Origin: Octopus sinensis
Taxonomy: Eukaryota
Reading direction: 5' to 3'
Length of the DNA stretch: 64,000 nt
Assembly (NCBI RefSeq): GCF_006345805.1
Contig: NC_042997.1
Location: 161,944,001 to 162,008,000 of the forward strand
Within the stretch, counting starts at the first letter, position 1. Each line of letters begins with the position of its first letter. Under the pieces are notes generated by a model. It saw only the letters and a program-made list of their open reading frames with translations. It was not told the DNA's origin and ran no database searches. Position numbers and translations under genes: made by a program. Below, piece after piece: positions 51,195 through 64,000 of this stretch.

Positions 51195-53200
51195 CGACGG
51201 TCTTCTCTCAGTTTCCGTCTACCAAATCCACTCACAAAGCAAACTTCTTACCACACAGCCATGCCTGCGCACTACTCAAAATCGCCCTAAGGAAGCCACC
51301 TCCAGACAAGAGGTTAATGAAAGAAGCATTATTGCCACATATCTCCTCATTGCTCTCTCACTTTGTTTCACCCTCTTTCTTTCTTTCTTTCTTTCTCTCT
51401 CACTCTCTTTCTTTCCCTCTCTCTCTCTCTCTCCCTCTTCCTCTCTCTCTCTCTCTCTCTCTCTGCATTTATATGTGTGTATATCTAAGAAGCACATAGA
51501 TGATGGTAATAAGATAATTATGTTATAATTTTTTTGTGAAATGGAATAAGATGAAATACAGGTAAAAGAAATTATACCTATAAAATACGATAAATGAAAT
51601 GACAATAAAGAAACTAACAAAATGAAATTAAAAATAGATGGTAATAAAAGACCCGATAAAGATATTGAAATGAGGAAAGCTTCAACATTAGCCATGATAA
51701 CTTAACTCTTAATTTAAAGAGATCAGTATCATATCTGTAGAAAAACAATGGGTGAAACTTTATAATACAATGTTTTCTATGTATCCGTGGGATATTCAAG
51801 TAGCTTGGAAGCGATTTGCTAAATTTTCAAACTGACTTCTGATGTAAAATTACCGAATTAGCAAGACCAAGGAATGAAACTCATCTAAACATCTACAATT
51901 GGAACAAACGGTAGGAAAGGTTCGTCAATGATAGAACGGGTGGAATGTCGAGAAAAAGCTCATCATCAACTAAACTACACATTCATTGAAGAAACCCACC
52001 AAAGTGTAGTACTCTATTTTGGAGAGGATCTCGCTTATTTAGAGACACAGTAGAATTTCAGTTGTTAGAAAGGTTTTGGAACGACAGAATAATTTCTGCT
52101 CCACTTCGTAGGAGTCACATCTCAAATCAGGAGTGAATTTAAAATACGAGAATCTATCCAGGCAACGAAACTTCTTCAAAACAGCCCTATCTATCGAAAT
52201 TCATGATTGTGTATTAAATAACATGAGTCATTTGTTTCCCAGTTGCATAATGCCAGATACGCCACTGGAAAGATCTGCTACTAAGTCCAAGTGTGTGACT
52301 TTCTTGGAGAGGAGACTATAAAATAAAGCAGCAGCAATAATTATATCAATAAAGGGTCATTTATAAAGAGTAAGTAGGATGTAGATCCTAGGAGAATTCC
52401 AAGGGTATACCTAAATTTGTTTCGTAAATATCGGACAGCCAGTTGATATCTTTAGAACTTCTTCCTGTTAATATTGCTTTGATTGTGAAAAAGAAAACCA
52501 GATATGTCAAAGATGTTCGGTTTAAGAATCTTGTATGCCTTGCCAAATCAATTGCTTTATATATGCTTAAGACAATAAAACAACCATCAAAACTGTGCAT
52601 TGCTTATATAAATTATGACTATAAGCATTACAACCGAGCAGTTTGGGAGACCGAAAAATCATTCGGCTTTTCTCTAAGGAGATGGGATGTATTCAAATTG
52701 TCAATGTGCTTGTCTTTCCTGTTAATCTATCGGTCTACACTCCAAAGTAAATAAGATATTTGGACCAATGAACCTTATTTATAGGCCACATAGCAAAATG
52801 ACAATTATGCTTAATTCAAGCTACCTTATAAAATACATCCCGGGAACTGAAAACTGACATGATGCAAACATAATTCTTGAACTGTCTATAATAATTGGTG
52901 TGTTCTAATATACACTATAGTATATCCCAAGTTATCCCTACCGTGAAGCGAGTTGGAAACACTCAACCTTCGATCACGCAAACTATTTTTTTCTGTGATC
53001 CTCTCTAACCCCACCTACTGAACGTGTTTGCTGAGTATATTTGTAGAGTGTAGCAGATTTATCAATATAACTATAGACTGAAAATAAGCGAAGTGTGTGT
53101 GTGGGTGGGGTAGGAGAATGTGTTCCAATTAACCCTATGTGTGTGTATAATTAAGATATGCAAATTATTGTTCCTCCATTTGCACGGTGACGATCTAGAT

Positions 53201-53419
53201 CAGGGGTGGGCAAACTACGGCCCGCGGGCCGCATGCGGCCCGCCATAGGTTTTCATGCGGCCCGCCGAGAGGAATATTTCACAAAATTTCCAAAATTGTG
53301 TGTTTATAGGTCTATAACCGCCTTCAAAAATATTTTCACTTGATTTTTATAAATGAGGCCCGCCAAGGTTCCAAAGACGCACTGTGCGGCCCGCGATCAA
53401 AAAAGTTCGCCCACCCCTG
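53201..53419. mobile_element. hAT (Charlie-type) MITE, 219 bp, perfect 8-bp TSD
   Basis: TIR CAGGGGTGGGC(A/G)AACT. ATCTAGAT at 53193-53200 and 53420-27. Subterminal GCGGCCCGC motifs. Confidence 0.93.
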
Positions 53420-53589
53420 ATCTAGATTGTTTAATTGACTCCCTATCTCGCTATCTCCCCATCAAGTTCTGTAACCCTAGACAAAGAGTACTTGCTTCCG
53501 GATATTTGCTGTTCCCAGAAGTGTTGTCTTTTGCAATGCCATTGTGTCAAGGTGTGTCTGAACGATTTTCGACACTGGTTACCACGCCG

Positions 53590-54750
53590 GACAAATTGGT
53601 TAGCGACATTTCGTCCGTCTTTACGTTCTGAATTCAAATGGTGCCACGGTTGACTGTGCCTTTTATTCTTTCGGGTCTATAAAATAAGTACTAGTTGAGC
53701 ACTGGGACCGATACAATCGACTAGCTCCAAACCCCACCTCATCCACTCTCCAAAATTTCAGACGTTGAGCCTATTGCATAGTGGTTCCCAAACTTTTGGG
53801 GGTTGCCGCATCCTTGACACCCAGGCCACATTCCTAGCGCCCCCACCTCAGCTAACCATTACAAACATAGATCTTTTTCTGAAGTAAATTCAAAGCAACA
53901 GTATTTCACAAATAAAACTTAACCTAATGAACCCGTTATTTTGTTGTTTTTACATTTATAGCCACCCCATTGTCGCCCCACTATTTACATGAATCGTTAC
54001 CCCATTGTTGCCCCACTTTTCTTCAAAGCCCCCTTGGAACTTTCAACCGCCCCCAGAAGGAACAATACCGCCCACTTTGGGAACCACTGTTATAGCAGAA
54101 AGGATTATTATCATCATTGTGAACTTAAGGCTGCAAGCTGAAAGAATCGATAGCACATCGGACAAAATGTTTAGTGGTATTTAACTAACTCCCTCTTCCT
54201 AAAATTTCTCGCCTTGTGCAAAATTTGAAACTGTTACCACTGTTGTTGATTAGCAGAATCGTTGAGTGTTGGACAAAATTACTTATAGTATTTCTTCTGA
54301 TTCTTTACACTCTGAGATCAACTTTCACACTTTTGGTGTCGATGAAATAAAGTAACCGTTAAGTGGTGTCGATGTAATCGACTTTCCCCAACTGTCAAAC
54401 TTGATGATTTGTACCAAAATTAAAAAGAATTAATATTGTTGTGGATTGACACAATCGCTAGAATGTCGAACAAAATTACGTGTGACATTTCTTCCGGCTC
54501 GTTACATTTAGAGTTCAAATCCCAACGAGGTTATTTTTACCTGTCACCTTTCCGAGTTGATGAAATAAAATACTAGTCAAGTACTGGAGTCGATTTAATA
54601 GACTAACCATTCCTCTTCCTACATCTATGGACTTATACCAATGTTAAAAACAATTATAAGGGGCAATGGATTAGCAAAATCAATAGAACGGTATTTGATC
54701 CAATTCTTCATATTCAAATACACACGTTCAAACCCCGCTGAGGTGAAAAT
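53590..54750. mobile_element. Cluster of about five SINE family A copies (four plus, one minus)
   Basis: Repeated family cores at ~53590, 54128, 54255 and 54440 (+) and ~54650-54750 (-). Confidence 0.65.
53779..54089. mobile_element. hAT MITE, 311 bp, nested in a SINE tail
   Basis: TIR (T/C)AGTGGTTCCCAAA. Imperfect TSD CTATTGCA / TTATAGCA. The SINE A sequence continues on both sides. Confidence 0.8.
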
Positions 54751-55387
54751 AATGAAGATTAGATTAGTCATGTACAACACAAGAAAAACAGTTATCTCTG
54801 CTCTAAAGATTCTGGCTCGGGGCCAGAAATATGATTGTGCACGACGTTGTATAGAAACGAGATATAGACATTGGATGAGAGGGCTGTGATTGCTGAGAGA
54901 GCTGTACTTTACCTGGAAGGAAATGAGACGAGCATGTTCCGCTGGGTGTGCATGAACGACAGCACACAAATTATCAAAGAGAAAAACTATTTATGAAATT
55001 AAATGTAGTTGGCAGCAGAGAGGCCTGGACTATTAAGCGATCCAAGTGCATGAAAATTACGGGAGGAAGACCGATGAAGAACTAGTCAGAAGTAGTGAAA
55101 GCTGATGTTAAGACGATGAGTAATGAAATACTGTACTGAAGAAAATTTGTCCAAACTATGTAAGCATTGAGAAGAGGACTTTATTATAATAGAGATGATG
55201 ATGGTGATGATGGTAATGGGTACGATGATGATGATCAAGATGATGACGACAGCGACGAAAGTAAAGGATAGTCAATACAGTGTGCAAAATTTATTTTGTA
55301 TGATATTTGTAGATAAACCGTTGGTGATTCTCTTGAATAATTCTCAGTTTCAGTCACACATAAAATATGTATGTTTGTGCGCGTTTA

Positions 55388-55421
<34 letters not shown>

Positions 55422-55425
<4 letters not shown>

Positions 55426-56144
55426 GATTTGCGTTGGACAAAACACATTGCTAAAATTGCCAAGAAGGCTGAAGGTGTGTTGGCATCACTTACCAGGCCT
55501 TTGTGAGCCGCTCTCCGGCTATCTATCTGAGACTTTATATAGCTATGGTGCGACCTCACCTGGAATTTGCATCACCGGTCTGGAACCCCTATCTTGCCCA
55601 GGATATTAATCGTCTGGAAACCGTTCAGCGACGTGCAACCAAGAGAGTACCCTCCATAAGGCATTTGCCATATTCTGAACACCTTACTTCCCCGGGCATG
55701 GATACATTGAAACTCCGACGTCTGACAGCTGACTTGGCAGATACCCATAAAATTATTAACCATCTTACTGACAATAACTCTGAGCACCTTTTCAAACTCC
55801 ACCTGTCTAACACCCGTGGACATGTTTACAAAGTCAAAAAACAGCACAGCTCCCATGACTTTCGGAAACATTTTTTCACGCCAAGAGTTGCTGAAGTATG
55901 GAACAAACTGCCAGCATCAGTTGTTGGTTGTCGGAGCACTGCATCCTTCAAAACTTCCATGCTTCCTGAGATTCGCCAACACTACACCTGATTTTCTCCC
56001 CTCCATACACACGCAAGCATGTATTTGACTCATATACTGTTCACTTCCCAGACATTTGTACATTACTGCATATGCTTTATACGCACTTTTGACAAGTTGT
56101 GGTGCACCTGAGCACCGTATACAATAATTTCATTATTATTATTA
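55422..56144 (+). mobile_element. CR1-clade LINE, 3' end
   Basis: DLRWTKHI..., LYIAMVRPHLEFASPVWNPY...LETVQRRATK, LRRL..DL...KII, TRGH.YK, RKHFF..RV..VWNKLP; short 3' UTR with (ATT)n tail. Confidence 0.9.
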
Positions 56145-56213
56145 TGCATATATTTCGTTTTTGGATTTGGTTTGCAAGATTCTTTATGTGAGTTCGTGTG
56201 TTGAAGCATATTC

Positions 56214-56429
56214 TGTTGTGTCTGGGGAGAGACATTTTCTTTTGTGCCTCACCGGCAAAATTTCTACTTATTTCTTATTTTTATTTTCCTAAAATTTTAG
56301 TTGCGTCTTGCAACCTTTTCTATTGTCTTGACTCTGTCCGTTATTTACACAGCGTTCCTTTTTGTTTGTTTGTGCGCATGTGTATGGGCCAGAGTGTGTG
56401 TGCGTGTGTGTGTGCCTATGCATGCATGC

Positions 56430-56462
<33 letters not shown>

Positions 56463-56483
56463 TGTATGTATGTATGTGCATGT

Positions 56484-56515
<32 letters not shown>

Positions 56516-58462
56516 GTGGGTGTATGCATATGCATATATGTGTGTGCATGTGTATGTATGTATTCAGCATATTCGTGTGCTTACGTGTCCGTGTTTGTGA
56601 GTTTTTATGTATGTGTGTGTGTGTGTGTTGCAACTATGTACCGTGTTTGTATGTATGGATGTGCATCTGTATATGTGTGGACACGTGTCTCAATATGTGT
56701 CCTTGTGTGAAGTAAAGTGTGTGTGTATATATGGTTATGTGTTTCAGTCTCCATTTGCGTATGCGTGCTTGTCTGTTCCTATAACCTATGTACTTATCCG
56801 TCTGTATGTTGATCTGTTTATTTTCATATCCATATGCTTACATACATGTACATATACACATATATACATATACCCACACACACATACATGCATCTATCTA
56901 GATAACAGCCCACTAACTATCTCTTCCAGTGTAAACTGCGGTTATGGGGGTATGATATCTACTATGTATATTTCCTATTTAGTATTGGGGAAGTTTCATT
57001 TATAAGGATGCACTCCCGTATTTGTCTGAGTGTTGGGTCTTTTGGGTGCTTGAATAAGATGCAGATGTCAAGTTGACCCAGGGCGAACACGTGGTATAAA
57101 ACCGACAAATATCAAGGAGTGATGTTTGTAGAGGCCACAGCCCATAGAGAACTAGCTCGTAGATTTAGAAAAGCTCTGAAGACCAAACTCAGCATTAAGA
57201 TTGTTGAAAAGCCAGGGAACTCCGTCAAATCACAACTATGTAGAACGTACTCCTTTGAGAATATCATATGAACCAATGATAACTGCATGGTATGTAGGAT
57301 TAGCCTTGGCATTAACTGTAGAGCTATAAATGTAGTTTACAGCATAAGATGCATAGAAGGTGCTTGTAAAAACATAAAAAACGACATACATAGGGGAGAC
57401 ATCTTGGAGCATTGTGGAACGACTAAATGAACATTTGAGACAATATGACGACAAAAACAGTCCTCCATACTCTACCAACATGCCAAAGACCAACATGGGA
57501 GCAACCTGGGTCAACTTGACATCTGCATCTTATCCAAGCACCCAAAAGACCCAACACTCAGACAAATACGGGAGTACGTCCTTACAAATATAACTTCTCC
57601 AATACTAAATAGGAAATATACATAGTAGATATCATACCTCCATACCCACAGTTTACACGGGTAGAGTAGAATAGTTAGAGGGCTGTTATGTAGATAGATG
57701 TATGTATGCGTGTATGTGGGGGGTATATATATATGTGTGTATATGCACATGTATGTAAGCATATGGATATGAAAATAAACAGACGAACATACAGACGGAT
57801 AAGTACATAGGTTATATGAACAGACAAGCACACATACGCAAATGGAAACTGAAACATATGACCATATATACACACACACTTTACTTCACACAAGGACACA
57901 TATGGAGACACATGTCCACTCATATGGAGATGCACAGTCATACATACAAACACGGTACATAGTTGCAAAACACAAACACACACACTCAGACATACACACG
58001 CAAGGCGACAGAGGTGCATACATATACAAACACACGCACGCACACACATACATAAAATCACGCAAACACGGACACGCAAGCACATGAATATGCACAATAC
58101 ATACATACATATGCACACACATACATACATATGCATACACACACATATACATACATACATACATACATACATACGTACGTACGTACGTACGTACATACGT
58201 ACATACATACATACATACATACATACATACATACATACATACATACATACACGCATGCATGCATGCATAGGCACACACACTCTGGCCCACACACATGCGC
58301 ACAAACAAACAAAAAGAAACGCAGTGTAAATAACGGACCATTGAAAAAGTTGCAAGACGCAACGAAAATTTCAGGAAAATAAAAAGAAATAAGCGGAAAT
58401 TTTACCGGTGTGTGTGTCAAATTATAAGGCACAAAAGAAAATTACTCTCCCCAGACACAACA
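56214..58462 (+). mobile_element. Penelope-like element 3' fragment (GIY-YIG endonuclease) with an inverted copy of its terminal ~0.9 kb
   Basis: 57083-57620 encodes WYK..YQGVMFVEAT...KIVEKPG..., NVVYSIRC, YIGETSWSIVERLNEH, LYQHAKDQHG, DPTLRQIRE (two frameshifts, one TGA). 56214-57082 is the reverse complement of 57505-58462. Confidence 0.85.
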
Positions 58463-61400
58463 ATATATATATATTATATATATATATTTGTCTGTATACA
58501 TAAATGCATATAGATATATATTCTTAGATAAGTGCCTGACACGAAACTGTCGGTCGTTGGACTAATTTGTAACTTCTACGAATTTTGTGTTGGTTCGTGT
58601 GTGTGTGTGTTCGCTCGCGTGCGCTCGCGCGTTCAAAACTACATACATGCATACATTATGTGCACTTCGAATTTGCCTTTCTTCTTTATATGATCGAGAA
58701 AATTACTACCAGATAAAATAATGGAATCAATACAATTCACAAAATCTATTGAAGACAGTGCCCCTGCAATAACCGTAGACCGACAACTGAAACTTTTACA
58801 TGCTTTCAGTGCATGTAAATGTCTTTTGTCATCTGTACTTACTATTTTTAATTAGTATTTTATCTCCCTTGAATATATTTAAAAAAAGAAAATAAAGGAG
58901 TTATTTCCCTTAACCCTTAAACAGCGTGCTGTGAAACAAGAATTTACAGTATGAATTTTCGTTTACAACCACCTCAGTAAATAACAACGCCAGGTTTAGA
59001 TCTAGAATGATCCTAAGAAATATAACAATTAAAACAAACAACTGCAATACTGATATTATTTTGAAACTTTTACGTGTTGTGAAGCTCGAAGTTGTAGGTT
59101 GTTCAGCTTATGCAATTAGGCACTGGCTGAAATGTCAAATTGAGTGAATGGTAATTTACGAAGTCAATTTATTAGGTTTAATATTACTGGATTTCAATAG
59201 CTTGGAAGATAATGATACAACCAATTACATTTATATTCGAAAATGGTACGTTTTGGGGAAAACAAATTATACACAAAAGTTCTTGCTTGTTTTCTTTGGG
59301 GAAGACGGATATTAGGTATCAAACGAAGAGAAATTGATACCACAAGTAATCAGGAAAGAAAATTTAGATATTGGGTAGAGAAAAGGGTATACATCAAATC
59401 AGCTTATGTTGAGATAGTGCGTAGGATGTGGGGTAACTCTCATAGTAGCAGGGAAGAATGAAACACAACACTAAACGAGCTAACGTTTGCTAGTCAGGTA
59501 GTTAGCTGTTTCTTGGCTAAAATCCAGAATGATGTACGTATTATGCCAAATATGTGAAGAGTATTCTTACTGCAGATCATATTTGTGTTGTGTACAGAGA
59601 TAGCTGCTGTTCAAGATAAAAGTATATTCTGTCCTGAAAAAGAAATCCAGCATTCGTGAACCATTATTGGTTAGATGAAGAATACATTATCTGCCACCAC
59701 CAACCCTTGTAGTGTTGGAAGCTTTTCCAAGCTCTCTGAAAATTTACAAACATCTATGGGGATTCCTTTCCTTTTTGACATCACAAACATTAAATGGCCT
59801 TTTGCAACCTGCATCCCATCATAGCTAATTCTGAGTGAGAGATGGAATGACAAAGGAAGAGAAAGTGAGAAGAAAGAATAACTAGTTCTAATACTCAACT
59901 GGTACCGGTTTTTTTATAATCAGCACCCACAAGACATCCCTTCCTTCCCTCCCCCAAAGAAAAGGATGACAGAATTCTAATTCAGAGAGCAAAGAGCAAA
60001 ACATTCTATCCCACACTAATGAATCTGTCAAGTTACTGCCTTGGAATAATATGCCTTGTCATACCTTGTTCCCTCAACCCTTGATGAAGTCATAGAAGTG
60101 CAGTCATACCATATGGTGTGTTTGGGGTATTTTCAGAGCTGGCAGAGCTCTCCCTCTCCAGCCCTGACTATAGATCAGTTCTTGCAAAAAGAGAGGGAAA
60201 AGGAGAAAAAACCCAAATGAAAGACAAAGTTAGTCTAAACAGTATTTAAACTTGAAGTGCAGAGAGCCAGAAGGAATATCAGAAGACAATCTATCCAATA
60301 ATCTAATGACTCAACCAATTCCCTGCCATATTTTTTAGAAAATATTATTTCTTAAGTTGATTGCAGATTGTAAAATCTAGCGGAAATGAGGATCTTAACT
60401 GCATGAGGTTCATCAGTTTTGAGATTACAGTTCTGTTTTCCTTTTTCTTTTCCTTTAAAATATGTAGTGCGAGTATTTTGATACTTTTGAATGATATTAA
60501 GTTGTGAAGTTCCCTTTATTTTATAAGCTTTGGTTGTGGAAGATGTATTTACTTGGTAGGTTATTGAGATTGTTTTTAAATGATGCATGCATGCATGAGA
60601 AATCTAAGTGAGAAGACTAAATTGTTGTTATCTGCATTAGAATATGTATGGTTAGATGACACAGCCAGTTAATTGTTTATATAAAGAAATGTGGATAACT
60701 GAGGTATGAGAGAACTTGATCAAGAAGCAATAAGATAAAGTAACTTATGATGAAGTTTCTAAACCAGGGAATTCTGTTGAAGAGAACCTATAATCAAGTA
60801 TTTTTTCTGTATTTTCATGAAAGGGGGGAGCAAAGAGCTTTGCTTCATCAAGTTTTTTAAAGACATTGGTACATGATCTACCTATACAGATAATTAAAAT
60901 GTATAAAATAAAATGTAAATTGTAAGTGTTCAGCTAAGCTTGGTGAAACAACATACAAGCCTTCATTCCTTCTGTACAAAGTTGCATATCTCCATATCTA
61001 ATGGCATAAATTCTCACTAAATAAAAGAGTTAATGTTAAACTCATTCACATACTTTGTATGATAATCAACTGGTTTTTGAACATCATGATCATCATCATG
61101 GATATATACCAGCATGGGTGATATATGCCTGCAAAATAGCACCACTGTTCTGTAATTTAAAGAATCAAGAACAACTAGAAGTGGTGCATGCATACTATGT
61201 ATTGTTTTGAAATCCAATAGAAGTTTTCTACTCATTAACACCTATTAGTTGCTTTCCCTAATGTAATTTTCAAACTTGCATTTAAGTATCAGATCTGTAC
61301 AAAAGTCCCTAGAAGTGAATTTTGAATATGTAATTTACTCATTTTTTTGTTTGTTTCTGACTCTAGATATTATTCAAATGTTAATTTAATTTCATCTAAA

Positions 61401-61879
61401 AATTACAATCAAATTTAATTAAACTAATAACAACATTATTAAAGAACACATAACGTTTTATGCAATGCAATATTAATAATGAAAACTCCACTTCAATAGT
61501 ATATTATTGCTTTTTAGCTCTTCCATGCTTGTGAAATTCTAACCATGGTCATCTTATTTCAAAGCATAATGTATCTAGTACTACAATAACCAATGTGTGC
61601 TTTCTATTTCAAGATGGTGGGGCATGAGTTCTGAGAGATTAAGCTATTATTTCTAAAAGGTTGTGCAAACATATAGTGGTTCAAGCTTCACTCATTTGCT
61701 AGAAAGTATGACCATATGAGATAACTTTTGGGAGGTCTTGCACACGTGCCACTTTAAGGGAATCACACAGGTACTTTTTGTTGCTAAGCATGGTTGAGTT
61801 CATGGCAAATGCATATACATCCTAACCTGATAAATTAGCAATGATGAATTAGTAACTCACAGTTTGTACCTTCATTATG

Positions 61880-62345
61880 GCTACCCTCAGAAAGGGCCTG
61901 GCTGGAATAGCTTCATGCATGAGGCCAATTTCACAATCATGTTGAGTAAACATCCCTACAATGTGCAACATAAGAGAAGGCCAGCTTTGCAACTCAACAA
62001 CAACCTTGGGGACCTTTTTGAATTACATGTATCTAACATCTGTGTACATGCTTTCAAAATTGGAAAACAGCACGGCACCCATGACATTCAGAAGTATTTT
62101 TCATGACCAGAATTGCTGAAGCAGGGAATAAACTACCCTCATCAGTTGTTAGCTGTTGGAACACTACAACCTTCAGGACTTCCATTCTTCCTGAAATTCA
62201 CCAACATTACACCTGATGTTCCTTTTGTTATGACTCATCCACTGTTCACTTGCCTGCTTTTTGTGCATTATTCTGTGTACTGTACACGCACTTTTGACTA
62301 TCTTTTCTGATGAGTTGTAGTACACTCAAGTACTATATGCAATAA
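61880..62345 (+). mobile_element. Older CR1 3'-end copy (same family as 55422-56144)
   Basis: AAACAGCAC.GC.CCCATGAC...CTTCCTGA.ATTC.CCAACA.TACACCTGA alignable by eye; CpG sites read TG/CA. Confidence 0.75.
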
Positions 62346-62369
62346 GTTCATTATTGTTGTTGTTGTTGC

Positions 62370-62400
<31 letters not shown>

Positions 62401-62449
62401 ATTATTATTATTATCATCATCATCATCAACATTATTCATCATCATCATC

Positions 62450-62550
62450 ATCATTTAATGTCCACTTGCCATGCTAGCATGGGTTGGATGATTTGACTGA
62501 GGACTGGCGAACCAGATGGCTGCACCAGGCTCCAATCTGATCTGGCAAGG
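62450..62550 (-). mobile_element. Short RTE-type tail fragment
   Basis: CATTTAATGTCCACTTGCCATGCTAGCATGGGTTGGATG...CCAATCTGATCTGGCAAG after (CAT)n. Confidence 0.65.
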
Positions 62551-63447
62551 AGAACAGAGTTTGAAAATCAAATGGTATTTCACTGATCAACCTATGTCTG
62601 CATGGAACATGGACATTATATGATAATGATAATTATGTTTTGTTCCTTTGTTTTACACACACAGACACACACATATTATGGGGGATAGTTGTATAAAACA
62701 GTAGAGGTTTTCTGTAACAAGTTTAAGTGAACCTTGAAAGATATTTGATCTTGTCAATAAATTTGATCATTTGGATGAAGTGAAGTGCCATTGTTGTACC
62801 ATTTCACAGTCAAACATTTTTCTAACATTAACTCTAACTATACAGTATAATGGAACAAGATCTGGTGACATCATGATGAGATCATTGTTAGATCATTTGC
62901 ACTCTACAGAGAGAAATGTTTTCCATAGTAACTCTCTGGTAATTTAATAATTCATAGGATGGGAAAGCATTTTCATCTGACTACATCATAGTTTTGAGAT
63001 GAGCCACTATGAATTCAACTGTAATGGAGTAGAATCAAACTTTTGACAAAGGCAACCATATCAGAATATAATGAATTATTATTAAATAACTATTTTACAC
63101 TGTTTTTAACAAAACAAAGTATAATGATTTGTTTCAATAAGAGACAATGTTATCTAAATTTATTAATGCAATTAAAATTATGTCCGTGCTGAGATATTAG
63201 TTAACTATTTAAATATTTATCTAGCAGGGTTTAAGAGGCACATTTAATTAGCTATTTAACAGAATTTAACAAGCCCATTCTTATTTGATCATTTCTTATA
63301 AGGCCATACAAGAAGACAACAAACATATTCTATTTAGAATGTATTAGTTATAGTAAATCATTAGCTAAATAGTAACTCTCAAGTTACTGATAAACTTAAT
63401 TAGTGTTTAACAATTAAAACATTACGTCAAAGCTTTATACAAATATC

Positions 63448-63541
<94 letters not shown>

Positions 63542-64000
63542 TTTTCATGGAGAGTAGCAGCAAACTCAAGGACTACTCACATGCAAACACTCACACACAC
63601 ATGTATGGCTGTATGGTTAGTTTGCTTTGCAATCACTTTGTTCTAGCTTGGATCCCACTACAAGATACCTGGGGCAATGTCTTGGATTGATCAATACCTT
63701 CAGAATAAAATTTTGTAGATGATAACTGTACAAAGGCTGCTGTGTATATATGTATGTACACACAGAAACACACACACATAAGTTGCATACCTCATATTTG
63801 TATGAATACATTTACTTAGTATATAAAAGACTAACCTACTCCCACAAAGTATCAAGCCTTGTGCCTATAGCAAAAAGCAGTTAAACTGTATGAAAGAGAT
63901 GACAGAGGACTGAGATATGTGGTACATTGCTGAACTCAAGAAGAGCTGCCCACCCCAACAGAATTAAGATCCTAAATCTAAAGTACCACATAAAAAGCAT

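Noticed and set aside
59671-59898. 75-aa ORF with a good polypyrimidine tract as an upstream exon
   Set aside because: No convincing in-phase donor and no recognisable domain.

Overview
AT-rich, microsatellite-dense, intron-containing eukaryotic DNA. The SINE/RTE/R4/Penelope repeat mix suggests an octopus or other coleoid cephalopod; this is an inference. The main feature is a minus-strand gene for a titin/obscurin/UNC-89-like multi-Ig protein. I reconstructed 12 GT-AG exons by hand between 27188 and 3029; they splice in frame to about 1038 codons and 10 I-set Ig domains. The order is a charged/disordered segment, two classical Ig domains split across exons, then eight one-exon-one-domain phase-1 cassettes, six of which are 267-bp paralogs. 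The gene is open at both ends. A candidate promoter (three CCAAT boxes, TATA, an AUG-free leader and a strong Kozak ATG) lies on the minus strand at about 49.0-49.5 kb. It sits in a CpG-retaining island (~42-59.7 kb) flanked by CpG-depleted DNA. The rest is transposon-derived: a near-intact 1291-bp mariner, several decayed Tc1/mariner/pogo copies, hAT and piggyBac-like MITEs, R4/Dong, RTE, CR1 and L1/Tx1-like LINE fragments, a Penelope-like GIY-YIG element with an inverted terminal copy, and many SINEs. Unusual structures include a ~400-bp foldback, a MITE-like element with a TTAGGG core, two variant hammerhead-like motifs and a perfect 18-bp hairpin just after the candidate start codon. No prokaryotic features, CRISPR arrays, rRNA or tRNA genes were seen. 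Exon and TIR coordinates were counted base by base; decayed-repeat boundaries are approximate.
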